Source: Chthoniobacteraceae bacterium
GTDB lineage: Bacteria > Verrucomicrobiota > Verrucomicrobiia > Chthoniobacterales > Chthoniobacteraceae
Direction: 5' to 3'
DNA: 64,000 nt
Assembly (NCBI GenBank): GCA_037190965.1
Contig: JBBCKI010000003.1
Coordinates: 27,032 to 91,031 of the forward strand
The translations under genes and the position numbers were made by a program. The notes beneath the pieces are model-generated. The model searched no databases. It saw only the letters and a list, made by a program, of their open reading frames with translations, and was not told the DNA's origin. This document shows positions 48,692 through 58,190 of the stretch, piece by piece; the stretch's first letter is position 1; the number at the start of each line of letters is the position of its first letter.

Positions 48692-48901
48692 TTAGTGAGC
48701 CGCGCCGTCTTTCTTTTCAGCGTCTTTGGCTCCATGGCCATGGTCGTCATGCTTGGCGTGATCGCCGTGACCAGCATGGTCGCTGTGGTGCAAGGTCTTT
48801 TCTATCGACTCGATTGTGCTATAAGGCTGCTTTTCGCAGGCACCGAGGGCGAAAACAGCAAGAACGGCAAAACCGGAGAAGAGCAAACGCACGCAAGTCA
48901 T
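48692..48901 (-). CDS. small His-rich lipoprotein
   Basis: 69 aa from ATG 48901; lipobox LGAC; tail HHSDHAGHGDHAKHDDHGH. Confidence 0.75.
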   Translation of the reverse strand: MTCVRLLFSGFAVLAVFALGACEKQPYSTIESIEKTLHHSDHAGHGDHAKHDDHGHGAKDAEKKDGAAH

Positions 48902-48964
48902 AGGGCGCGAGAAATTACAAGAGAGCGGCCCGAAGGCAAGCCCGAAGAGCAATCAGAACACCAT

Positions 48965-49600
48965 ATGACAGCCGACGAATTTCAATGGGTCACACAATCC
49001 GAGGCCGGCGGGCTCGCCTTCTGGCAGGCTTATGCCCCCACCCTGAAGGTGGACCTCTCCTGCTCCGCGTTGCAAATTGGCTCGAAGCTTTTGTTCATTG
49101 ACCCGATCCCCCTTGCCAAACCCGCGCTCGCCGAGCTGGCAGCGAGCGGAACTCCATCGGGCGTTATCCTGACGAATGCCAATCACGAGCGGGCGAGCGC
49201 CCTTTTTGCCAAACAATTCGGAATTCCCATCTTTGCCCCTGTCGAAGCGCTGCCGGAGCTCTCATCGACGACTCCACCGGTTCAGGCGTTCGAAGACGGG
49301 GCGACGATTCTTGGCGCCATTACGACAATCGCCCTACCGGGCGGCGCGCCCGGCGAGACGGCGCTCTACTGGCCCGGGAATGGCGGCGTCCTGATCTTCG
49401 GCGACGCGCTTATCAACCTCGATTCGACCGGGTTTGATTTTCTCCCGGACCGCTATTGCAACAACGCGAAGACGTTGCGGCTTTCAGCGCGGGAGCGGCT
49501 TCGCTTCCACGCCGATCTGAGCGTCATGGCGTTCGCTCACGGAACGCCAATTGTGACTTCCGCCCGGGAGCGTCTGGAGACGCTCCTCGGGTCGGGATAA
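48965..49600 (+). CDS. MBL-fold metallo-hydrolase-like protein
   Basis: FIDP, LTNANHER, APGE, FGDAL, AHG; start at ATG 48965. Confidence 0.75.
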   Translation: MTADEFQWVTQSEAGGLAFWQAYAPTLKVDLSCSALQIGSKLLFIDPIPLAKPALAELAASGTPSGVILTNANHERASALFAKQFGIPIFAPVEALPELSSTTPPVQAFEDGATILGAITTIALPGGAPGETALYWPGNGGVLIFGDALINLDSTGFDFLPDRYCNNAKTLRLSARERLRFHADLSVMAFAHGTPIVTSARERLETLLGSG

Positions 49601-49607
49601 ATCCATA

Positions 49608-49633
49608 GGCGCTCGCGGCGCGAACGCCCTACC
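49608..49633 (-). repeat. GTAG-type REP palindrome
   Basis: Minus strand GGTAGGGCGTTCGCGCCGCGAGCGCC; related GTAG-led hairpins at 19771-19808 and about 53535-53562. Confidence 0.55.
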
Positions 49634-49665
49634 TTGAAGGTCCGGGAAAGAGGCCTCGGGAAAGC

Positions 49666-50982
49666 CTAGCACTTCGGCGCGATCACCGGACGGCCGATGG
49701 CGCGATAAGTGAAGCCATGGCTGGCCATGGTGGCCGGGTCGAAGAAGTTGCGGCCGTCGAAGACGAGCGGCGTGTGCATCCTCTTCTTGACCTCCTGGAG
49801 ATCAACGGACGCAAACTCTTTCCACTCGGTGGCGAGGATGAGCGCCTCGGCGCCTTCCACGGCCTCGAGCGGCGAATCAGCCAGCTTGACGCCGGGGATG
49901 AGGTTATATTCGCGGGCTTTCTCGACTCCCTTCGGATCGTAAGCGGTCACGATGGCCCCTTCCTTGACGAGGTCGTTGACGAGATCGATCGGCACGGAGC
50001 AGCGAACGTCGTCGGTGTCGGGCTTGAAGGTGAGGCCCCAGACGGCGATGCGCTTTTCACGCAGCACCCAGAGCGATTCGCGGATTCGCTTGATAAAGCG
50101 TTCCTTCTGGTCGGCGTTGATCCGTTGAACTTCCTTGAGAAGCGTAAACGGAACTCCCAGGTCGTCGCTGATCGCGATGAACGCGGCGATATCCTTCGGG
50201 AAGCATGACCCACCGTAGCCAAGCCCGGCGTTGAGGAAGTTGCGGCCGATCCGCTTGTCCATGCCGATGCCGTCGGCGACCTTCTCCACGTCCGCGCCGC
50301 TGGCGTCACAGATTGCGGAAACCGCGTTGATGTAGGAAATCTTGAGCGCGAGGAAGGAGTTTGCGGCGTGCTTGATCAACTCGGCGGAGTTGATGTCGGT
50401 CACGAGAATCGGCGCGTTGAAGGGCTCGTAAACCTTTTTCATCAGCGCGAGCGCGCGGTCGCTGTTCCCGCCGATGACGATCCGGTCGGGTTTCATCAGG
50501 TCGCCCACGGCGCACCCTTCGCGAAGGAATTCAGGATTGCTGACGACGTCGAAATCCGCGCTCGGGTTGTAGCGCTTGATGGTGTCGGCCACCTTCTCGC
50601 CGGTCTTGACCGGAACGGTGCTCTTGTCGACCACGATGCGGTAATCGTCCTTGAGGACTCCTGCGATCTCGCGGGCGACCTTCTCGATGAAGCTCAGGTC
50701 CACGCTGCCGTCCGGCTGGGGCGGCGTCGGCACGGCGATGAAGATCACCTGCGAATTATTGACGCCCTCTTCGATGCTGTTGGTGAAGCGGAGGCGCTTG
50801 GAAGCGACGTTGCGATGAACGATGTCCTCCAGGCCCGGCTCGTAGATCGGGATTTTGCCCGCCTGCAGTGAGTCGACTTTGCGCTGGTCGTTGTCGACGC
50901 AGATGACGTTATGGCCAACTTCAGCAAAGCAAGCGCCGCTGACGAGGCCGACATATCCCGAACCGATGATACAGAGATCCAT
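49666..50982 (-). CDS. ugd: UDP-glucose 6-dehydrogenase
   Basis: GSGYVG, KSTVP, SNPEFLREG, GYGGSCFPKD, FKPDTDD; start at ATG 50982. Confidence 0.93.
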   Translation of the reverse strand: MDLCIIGSGYVGLVSGACFAEVGHNVICVDNDQRKVDSLQAGKIPIYEPGLEDIVHRNVASKRLRFTNSIEEGVNNSQVIFIAVPTPPQPDGSVDLSFIEKVAREIAGVLKDDYRIVVDKSTVPVKTGEKVADTIKRYNPSADFDVVSNPEFLREGCAVGDLMKPDRIVIGGNSDRALALMKKVYEPFNAPILVTDINSAELIKHAANSFLALKISYINAVSAICDASGADVEKVADGIGMDKRIGRNFLNAGLGYGGSCFPKDIAAFIAISDDLGVPFTLLKEVQRINADQKERFIKRIRESLWVLREKRIAVWGLTFKPDTDDVRCSVPIDLVNDLVKEGAIVTAYDPKGVEKAREYNLIPGVKLADSPLEAVEGAEALILATEWKEFASVDLQEVKKRMHTPLVFDGRNFFDPATMASHGFTYRAIGRPVIAPKC

Positions 50983-51024
50983 GAGACGAAAACTTAAACG
51001 ATATAAAAGATTTTTACGCAACCG

Positions 51025-53328
51025 CTATTCGCTATCGCCGCTTCCAGCCATGGAAGAGGGGTCGAACGCGACCGGAAGGCTGATTGAAGGAAGATCCTTG
51101 AGAGTAAACGTGAGAATGAGGCTGTAGTCTAATTCATTTCTTTTGGTGGAAGAGGGATTGAAGTTATCGCGAACCTGGAACCCGAGCGAGGCCACCCAAC
51201 TCGAGAGATCCCGATGGATCGCATATTCCTGGACTTCGAGGACGTTATCCTGGAATTCGTACTGCTCCCGGAAGCTGACGCCCCAGTTATCGTTGACCCG
51301 GTAGTACCCCCCAACCCGGATATTATTGCTGTTGGAGAAATACGGATTGCTGTCGAGATAACGATGGCTGAGCGTCAGGCGGAGATCCGGGCTGACCAGA
51401 AAATTCATCGAAGTGTTAACCTGGGTGAACCCCTCCGCCGTCAGCGGAAGCTGGGTATCGAGGCCAAACGAGAGCCAAGGAAGCGGGACCCAGCGAAGCC
51501 GATTGTAGAAATTCGAGAGAGTGCCCATGTTGGCGCTCGCTCCGGGGAAATCGGGCTTGTCGATGTTGATGTCGAAATACGAATCCATGTCCAGCCAACT
51601 GATCGTCCGATCATCCCGGCGGGTCTGAAGACGATTGCGAACTCCGAGCCGCCAGATCGTCCACGAGGAGATGGTGTCGATCGTGGTGAACTGCGGAAAA
51701 TCGATGGGCGGGAGTTGAGTGGAGGGGTTTAGACGGTCGAACTGAAGAAGCTCATCGGGATTCTTACCCGAATAAACGTAGGAAAAGTTCGTGTACGGCT
51801 GAACGACGTGGCGCAGGCCGTCCAATCCCCATGCGCGGGATTGGACCTGCTCCCATTCCCGGGAGAATTTAAAGGACGACTCCACGCCCGCATTAAAAAC
51901 GGGGCGGAAAACCGGGCTATTGGTAGAGCGCTGATGGAGCGTCCGGGCGTCCTGATTCAGGTTGAGCCCCTGCTCGATGAAGCTCTCCATCACGTCGTCA
52001 AAAGCGCTCCGGGCACCCGCGGTGTAATACGTACCGCGGACGCCGATCCTCGGGACCACCGAGAGCCATCCATTGATGGTCTTCGGCATAACGAACTGGT
52101 GGAAGGTATCGAGCCGGACGGCCTGATAGTGATCCATGGGGGCGGTGACCACGTCGTCCACCCGGGCAAAGTCGCGCCGCAGGTTCACGACGCCGGTTTC
52201 GCCCTCGTAGAAGATGCCGCTGCCGAAGATCGGCTGCCGCTTGATGTCGAGCACCACTTCGGGAAGCCGCTGCGTGGTGTCGAAAAAGGAATTCGGGTGA
52301 GCCCGGAGAATCCCCGACAACGCATAATTCTCCGACCGTTTTGTCACCGAGACAACGCTGTCGGGCTGCGGGTTGTTCTTGTACTCCGACGGATAAAAAT
52401 CGCGCAGGAAGCGGCGGTCGCTCAGCTTATTGAAATCAACGCTGGCGTAGATGTCCTCGGTAAAGAACGTTCTGTCCTGAAAGGAGATCCGGTAGCGGTC
52501 CGGGCTGACCTCTTCCTGCCGGTTGGCAGTCGGGTTTGTCCCGGTGCTGGAATCGTTGGCGTAATAAGTCCGCAGATGAAGCCAGCTCTTCTTGTCGCGT
52601 CCATAGTCCCCTAGGACATCAAGTCCGAAACCAACCCCGCGCTTGGAGCGGAGATCGAGATGGAAAAGGCCATGGAGGTCTTTTGAGATGGGGAATCCGT
52701 ACTGAGTAAGCACGTAGGCTCCCCAGTTGCTGTCGTAGCCAGGGGTAAAATTAAACCCTTCGTTCCGCGCAAGCGATTGATAGACGAATGGAAACCAGAA
52801 AACCGGGGTGCGCCCCAGATAAAGTTTCACATTCGTGAGGATCACGTGGGAGCCGGGATAAATCCGAACCGTCCCCGCCTTCATCCGGTAATCCGGCTTG
52901 GAGGAGTCACTGGTCGTCACCGTCGCATCGTTGACCTGGAAGGCGTTGCCTTGAAGCGAACTGACCGATTCCCCTTCGAAGAAATACGGGAAGGAAGCGC
53001 TGCGAAACTCCCCCGTCCTGAGTAATTTGCTCTCCAGATTGTAAAGGGCGCGTTCGCCTACGAAAAGATGGCCGTCGCGATAAATCCGCACGTTACCGAC
53101 GACAAGCACGTCGCGCGTATCCGGATTGTACTGGGCGTAATCTGCATAAATGGAGATGGTCCCGTAGTGGATGACGACATTGTTCTCCGCGATCGCCACG
53201 CCACCCATAAAGCGCGTTTCGCCGTCAGCCGTGATCTCGATCGGAATATCTCCAAAACTGCCGAATTGCGCCCGTGCGGACTGAGCGCCAACCAGCGCAA
53301 TAGCAAGAAGCAGATGGCGAATTTTCAT
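51025..53328 (-). CDS. lptD: LPS-assembly protein LptD
   Basis: Signal peptide, OstA-like N-domain, TPVFWFP, RLPE, LRHVVQP and a beta-barrel-like C-terminal half. Confidence 0.82.
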   Translation of the reverse strand: MKIRHLLLAIALVGAQSARAQFGSFGDIPIEITADGETRFMGGVAIAENNVVIHYGTISIYADYAQYNPDTRDVLVVGNVRIYRDGHLFVGERALYNLESKLLRTGEFRSASFPYFFEGESVSSLQGNAFQVNDATVTTSDSSKPDYRMKAGTVRIYPGSHVILTNVKLYLGRTPVFWFPFVYQSLARNEGFNFTPGYDSNWGAYVLTQYGFPISKDLHGLFHLDLRSKRGVGFGLDVLGDYGRDKKSWLHLRTYYANDSSTGTNPTANRQEEVSPDRYRISFQDRTFFTEDIYASVDFNKLSDRRFLRDFYPSEYKNNPQPDSVVSVTKRSENYALSGILRAHPNSFFDTTQRLPEVVLDIKRQPIFGSGIFYEGETGVVNLRRDFARVDDVVTAPMDHYQAVRLDTFHQFVMPKTINGWLSVVPRIGVRGTYYTAGARSAFDDVMESFIEQGLNLNQDARTLHQRSTNSPVFRPVFNAGVESSFKFSREWEQVQSRAWGLDGLRHVVQPYTNFSYVYSGKNPDELLQFDRLNPSTQLPPIDFPQFTTIDTISSWTIWRLGVRNRLQTRRDDRTISWLDMDSYFDINIDKPDFPGASANMGTLSNFYNRLRWVPLPWLSFGLDTQLPLTAEGFTQVNTSMNFLVSPDLRLTLSHRYLDSNPYFSNSNNIRVGGYYRVNDNWGVSFREQYEFQDNVLEVQEYAIHRDLSSWVASLGFQVRDNFNPSSTKRNELDYSLILTFTLKDLPSISLPVAFDPSSMAGSGDSE

Positions 53329-53675
53329 GAAAGCCCTGCAAGCTACCCAAGGGCCTTCGAGGTTGCCAAGAGAAATTCGGGGTTCGCCTGATCCTTTTAT
53401 ACAATTTTAGCCGCAAAGACGGTTCAGTATGGATTTTATAGCGCCTCTCAGAAATCCTTTCCGAAAAGGCAGTGAGAGCGTCGTGGCTGGAGCAAAGAGT
53501 GATGGCTCGAAAAAGCGATCGATTTGGGAGGCGGGGTAGCCCGCTCTCGCCGAGAGCGCGGGATCGATTATGAGTCACCTTTAACGCTAGATCCCCTGCA
53601 GGACGGGCTGTTGGGATGGGGTATTCATGAAGCTACGGGTGCCGATACCCGCGCTTCCTCTTCATTCCTCCGATG

Positions 53676-55316
53676 TCATTGCTTCCGAGACTCTTCAACA
53701 AGATTGCGAAAGGCCTTGCTGGCCTGCAGCCGGTCGAAAACAGACGCGGGCATGGCCACCAGTTCACACGGTTCCACGGCAGCGGCATCATAGCGCCAGA
53801 CACGATCGGCCAGCAATGCCCGCTCCCCGAAGTGTTCGCCATTCGTGAAGCTCCGGATCACCCGGCCCTGGGAGTCGCGAACCTCCACAAGGCCGCATTT
53901 GAGAATGTAGAAGGAACACGCCGGGTCGCCTGCCTGAAAGACGAAATCACCCGCCTCCAGATGCACCTCCTGAAGCACCTCGCTCGGCCGGGGGCTCAGG
54001 AGCGAGATGTCGCGTGGAAAAAAGAGGTCGAAGGTCCACTCGATCATCACGCGGAGCTTGCGGTCGAGCCCGGGCAGCTTCGCCAGATAAATCGTCCGCC
54101 AGAGCCACCACGCAAAAAAACCGGAAAACTGAAAACCGAGAATGTCGGCCACGGCGGCCCTGCGGCCCACGGTGGCTAGCTCCCCCAAGCCGGTAAACGT
54201 GAACGGCTGCGGAGCCTTGCCCTCAAGCGCCGCCGCGAGATTCCTCCCGAGAAGCTCCCCCTGCCGAATCGCAAACTGAGCCGTGGAAGGGGCCTTTCTC
54301 CCATCGGGAAGCCGCACCACGGCGCAATCACCGGCGCTCCAAAGGGCGGGCTGTCCCCTCACCTGCAAGGTCGGCTCAGCCAGCATCCTTCCTTTTTCAG
54401 TCGGAATCCCGTTCTGCGCGCAAAGAGCGCTCACAAGCGGGCTGGGAGCATTGCCGACCGTGGAAACCACCGTGTGACTCTCCAGAACGCCGCCATCCGT
54501 AAGATAAACCTTTCCGGAGGTCATGGCCCGCACCCGTGTATTGAGGATGACTTCCACACCACGCCTTTCAAGCTTCTCCTGCGCGTACCGCCCGAGGTGC
54601 TCGCCCATCTCCGGCATCAGATAGCTACCGCTATGGATCAACACGACCCGAATGTCGCCCGGCTTAATCCCGGGGTAAAGAAAGCCGACGTCCCGGACAA
54701 GGTCCGCGATCTGTCCGACGGTCTCCGTCCCTGAGAGACCACCCCCCACCACGATAAAGGTGAGGAGACGCCGCAAAAAATCATGGCCGGCCACCAGCGA
54801 TGCCTCCTCGAAGCGGTCAATAATTGTCCCGCGCAGTTCCATGGCGTCGCCTACATTGTTCATCAGATAGGCGTGTTCAGGCATTCCCGGGACCTTGCTC
54901 AGATCCACTGCGCTCCCAATGCAAAGGGCAAGATGCTGGAACTCCACCTGCCGGACCCCGGCAAACACGCCGGCATTGATCGTCAAACGGCGCTCCGCGA
55001 GATGGATTCTCTCGATTTCCCCGCGCATGACGGTCACCCTGCGGCAGAGTCTTCGGATCGGATTAACCACATGACGGGGAGAGACTTCCGAGCCGCACAC
55101 TTCCGGCAGCATCGGTTGGAAGACCATGTAGTTGCGGTCTGAAATCAGCGCCACATCGCGCGCGGCTTCCTCCTTTCCCAGGAGACGGCCCAGTTCCTTT
55201 GCGCAATAGACTCCCGCGAACCCCGCCCCGGCAATGACGATCTTGAAGCGAAACGGCTCCTTTTCGGAGCGGCGTTCAGGGGCCGATTCGGCGGCGGTGT
55301 GAAAATGATGCTCCAT
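53676..55316 (-). CDS. type II NADH dehydrogenase-like flavoprotein fused to a cNMP-binding domain
   Basis: GAGFAG, FQPMLPEV, VGGGLSGTE, GDCA, TAQFA; C-terminal VFQAGD...GEHFGERALL; start at ATG 55316. Confidence 0.88.
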   Translation of the reverse strand: MEHHFHTAAESAPERRSEKEPFRFKIVIAGAGFAGVYCAKELGRLLGKEEAARDVALISDRNYMVFQPMLPEVCGSEVSPRHVVNPIRRLCRRVTVMRGEIERIHLAERRLTINAGVFAGVRQVEFQHLALCIGSAVDLSKVPGMPEHAYLMNNVGDAMELRGTIIDRFEEASLVAGHDFLRRLLTFIVVGGGLSGTETVGQIADLVRDVGFLYPGIKPGDIRVVLIHSGSYLMPEMGEHLGRYAQEKLERRGVEVILNTRVRAMTSGKVYLTDGGVLESHTVVSTVGNAPSPLVSALCAQNGIPTEKGRMLAEPTLQVRGQPALWSAGDCAVVRLPDGRKAPSTAQFAIRQGELLGRNLAAALEGKAPQPFTFTGLGELATVGRRAAVADILGFQFSGFFAWWLWRTIYLAKLPGLDRKLRVMIEWTFDLFFPRDISLLSPRPSEVLQEVHLEAGDFVFQAGDPACSFYILKCGLVEVRDSQGRVIRSFTNGEHFGERALLADRVWRYDAAAVEPCELVAMPASVFDRLQASKAFRNLVEESRKQ

Positions 55317-55373
55317 CCGTTTCACAGAAATCGTGTCGCCGGCCGGGTTGGTTCTCAAAATCTCACGGAATGA

Positions 55374-55435
55374 TCTCGCGCAAAGCTCGCCAAGAAGAGA
55401 GTTTTCCTGGCGTCCTTTGCGCCCTTCGCGCGAAA
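55374..55435. repeat. REP-like inverted repeat (TCTCGCGCAAAG..CGCCAAG family)
   Basis: TCTCGCGCAAAGCTCGCCAAG ... CCTGGCGTCCTTTGCGCCCTTCGCGCGAAA imperfect palindrome. Confidence 0.5.
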
Positions 55436-55654
55436 CCTTAGAGCTTTTTCGGTTTAGAATGTCGCAATGATTGTGCGAGTGCCGTAGGTTGTTGCGCGGT
55501 TTTTCGAGCGCAGCGGCTGTATTTTCAAATACTGCCCAAGCTCGAAGGGCCGCGCAACGGCCTGCGCCACCGCAAAGCATGCGACAGAATAAGCCGAAAA
55601 CGCTCTAGGCTCGGCTTGACATCAGGGGGGAAAGCTCGCGAAGTTGGCAGGAAC

Positions 55655-56017
55655 ATGGTCTGCCGCCTTACCAAAGAATTCTTTTTCGAAGCCGCCCACA
55701 CTTTGCCCAAAGTTCCGGCAGACCACAAATGCGCCCGGATGCACGGGCACAGCTACCGGATCGAAATTGCCGTGGAAGGCGAGGTCGACCCGGAGATGGG
55801 GTGGCTCTACGACCACAGCCTGCTGAGCCGGGCAATGGACCCGATCTGTGACCGCCTCGATCACCAGTATCTCAACGACATCCCAGGCCTGGAGAATCCA
55901 ACCGTGGAGAATCTGGCCGGATGGTTATGGGCGCAGCTCAAGCCGCAATGCCCCGGTCTTTGTGAGATCGTGATTCAGGAAACACCGACGGCGAGGTGTA
56001 CGTACCGGGGGCAGTGA
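55655..56017 (+). CDS. queD: 6-carboxytetrahydropterin synthase
   Basis: FEAAH, CARMHGHSY, LDHQYLN, NPTVEN, ET; start at ATG 55655. Confidence 0.95.
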   Translation: MVCRLTKEFFFEAAHTLPKVPADHKCARMHGHSYRIEIAVEGEVDPEMGWLYDHSLLSRAMDPICDRLDHQYLNDIPGLENPTVENLAGWLWAQLKPQCPGLCEIVIQETPTARCTYRGQ

Positions 56018-56098
56018 GCCGATTGAGGCGTGAGCGCGCTCGCGCGCCATCTATTGCCCCTCTACCTTTGCATCGGCTGAATGCCGCGAGGTGAAATG

Positions 56099-56152
56099 GC
56101 GAAACTGGGAGTTTCGAGGAAAAGGCATTCCCAAACGGAGTTTGGGAATGAG
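56099..56152. repeat. single REP-like unit, same family as 5437-5489
   Basis: GCGAAACTGGGAGTTTCG...GGCATTCCCAAACGGAGTTTGGGAATGAG. Confidence 0.7.
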
Positions 56153-56166
56153 GGGATCATCAAACT

Positions 56167-56706
56167 CTACCAATTTTTAATCCACTTATCCCGTACCGTT
56201 GGAGCCCCTGCAGTACTCCAAAGATCATACGTTGGGTTGTAACCAGAAGTTGGGGTCTTGGCGTTGATTGTCGAGTACCCGTAAGGATTGCCAAAAGGAT
56301 CGACAATCGCGGTTACTGTTCCAGTGCCGGCTGGCAGGAGCATGTCAGGCTTGAACTCAAAATACCGCTTGTTTGTCGCCTTCCGGGTGGCACTCCCCGT
56401 GTCACCACTCAGCGATGCATACAGGAACAGCGAAACTACACTGTCCGGATTGGCGTTGAGCGTCGCAGCATTCACGGTATCAGTCACGTTTTCCTTAGTC
56501 GGGTACTCCCCATTATCCGCCTTATACGACTCCAGCGCCACTCCCAGCGCGGCGATCTCCGCGCTGGCGCGATCCCGGGCTGCCTTCTGCTGGGCAAAGC
56601 CCGCCCCCGCCAGGATCATCCCGGCGAGAACGATAATGATGGCAATAACCGTCAGCAGTTCAAGCAACGTGAAGCCGCTGGAGTTTTGAAAGGGGGGGCG
56701 TTTCAT
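56167..56706 (-). CDS. type IV pilin / GspG-like pseudopilin
   Basis: Prepilin cleavage motif G|FTLLE, hydrophobic helix, DPFGNPYGY, YDLWS. Confidence 0.9.
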   Translation of the reverse strand: MKRPPFQNSSGFTLLELLTVIAIIIVLAGMILAGAGFAQQKAARDRASAEIAALGVALESYKADNGEYPTKENVTDTVNAATLNANPDSVVSLFLYASLSGDTGSATRKATNKRYFEFKPDMLLPAGTGTVTAIVDPFGNPYGYSTINAKTPTSGYNPTYDLWSTAGAPTVRDKWIKNW

Positions 56707-56738
56707 GGCTTAGCTCCTTGTCGGTTTCGTAAAACCGC

Positions 56739-58019
56739 TTACTGCGGGTTCTGCATGTTCTGAATGATGCTGATGAGCGGCATGAACAGCGCGATAACGA
56801 TGCTGCCGACGATCAACGCGAGAAAGACGATCATGAGCGGTTCGAGCATGGAAGTGAGCGCCACCACCGCATTGTCCACTTCGTCATCATAAACGTCCGC
56901 AACTTTCAAAAGCATCTCGGGGAGTTGGCCGGTTTCCTCACCGACGTCGATCATACTGATGACCATCGGCGGGAAGACGCCGCTTGCTTCGAGCGGTTGA
57001 ACGATCGATTCACCTTCCTTCACCGCGTCATGCACTTTCATGATTGCCTCGGCGATGACGACGTTTCCGGCGGTCTCTTTCGTAATATTCAGTGCCTGAA
57101 GAATCGGCACACCGCTGGTAACCAGGGTGCCGAGGGTGCGTGAAAAGCGGGAGATGGCGGATTTCCGCAGAAGATCCCCCAGAACGGGAACCCTGAGCTT
57201 AACCCTGTCGAGGACCGAGCGCCCCTTCTCGCTTCGCGAGAAGACGACATAGCCTACGATCAAAGCAACGACGCCGCCGATGATCATCAAGAAATTCGTT
57301 TGAACGGCCTTACTGACCCCGATCACGATCTGCGTCATGGCGGGAAGTGGTTTGCCGGCAAGCATGTCGTGGAAGATCTGCTCGAACTTCGGCACGATGA
57401 ACACGAGCAGGAACCACATGATCAGGATGGCGATGATCAAGACGATAACCGGGTAGGCCATTGCGGCCTTCACCTTGTTGGCCACCTTCTGAGCTTTTTC
57501 CTGAAATTCAGCCAGACGATTGAGGACGAGTTCGAGAACACCGCCGAGTTCACCCGCCTTCACCATGTTGATGTAAAGCTTGTTGAAAATCTTCGGATGC
57601 TGGGCAAGCGACTCGGAGAAGGTGCTTCCCCCCTGGACGGAATCCGCCAGGACGTTGATCGTGTTCTTGAGAACGAGATCTTTTTCCTGTTTGGCCAGCA
57701 CCGTGAGGCCGCGGAGGAGCGGCAGGCCGGAGTCGATCAGCGTGGCAAGCTGACGGGTAAAAATCATCAGAGACTTTGTCTTGACCGTCTTCTTTTCGAA
57801 CAAAGCCTTCGAATTTTTTGAGGCAGCGGGTGCTGAAGCCGCTTTGACCGCCTTCTTGACGGCTTTGGAGGTACCACCCTTTCCTTCCTCCAGGACGCTG
57901 GTGGGGAAGAACCCCGCTTGCCGTAGCTGGCCGATGGCGTCGTTGGTATTGGCGGCTTCGAGAACGCCTACGGACTCCTGTCCACGAGCGTCGAGGGCGA
58001 CGTAATTGAATTTCGGCAT
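56739..58019 (-). CDS. pilC: type II secretion / type IV pilus platform protein (GspF/PilC)
   Basis: FTRQLATL, AGELGG, AMAYP, GEETG, LEP. Confidence 0.92.
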   Translation of the reverse strand: MPKFNYVALDARGQESVGVLEAANTNDAIGQLRQAGFFPTSVLEEGKGGTSKAVKKAVKAASAPAASKNSKALFEKKTVKTKSLMIFTRQLATLIDSGLPLLRGLTVLAKQEKDLVLKNTINVLADSVQGGSTFSESLAQHPKIFNKLYINMVKAGELGGVLELVLNRLAEFQEKAQKVANKVKAAMAYPVIVLIIAILIMWFLLVFIVPKFEQIFHDMLAGKPLPAMTQIVIGVSKAVQTNFLMIIGGVVALIVGYVVFSRSEKGRSVLDRVKLRVPVLGDLLRKSAISRFSRTLGTLVTSGVPILQALNITKETAGNVVIAEAIMKVHDAVKEGESIVQPLEASGVFPPMVISMIDVGEETGQLPEMLLKVADVYDDEVDNAVVALTSMLEPLMIVFLALIVGSIVIALFMPLISIIQNMQNPQ

Positions 58020-58190
58020 AGGGGAACTAGGGGAATTTGCAGACTCTTAGAAGAGCTTTTAATGCTTCGGCAGGATTTGTGCAACCTGAACTCTCTGTTG
58101 AGAGCCCGAAACCGCGTTAAAATTTGCCGGAGGTCATTTCAAGGTAGTTATTTCGTAAACTTTTTATGTTCTTCCGGCACTTCTTTGGGG

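Noticed and set aside
48608..48964. N-terminal extension of the 330-aa plus-strand ORF
   Set aside because: It overlaps a REP element and the antisense His-rich lipoprotein; the MBL-fold gene more plausibly starts at ATG 48965
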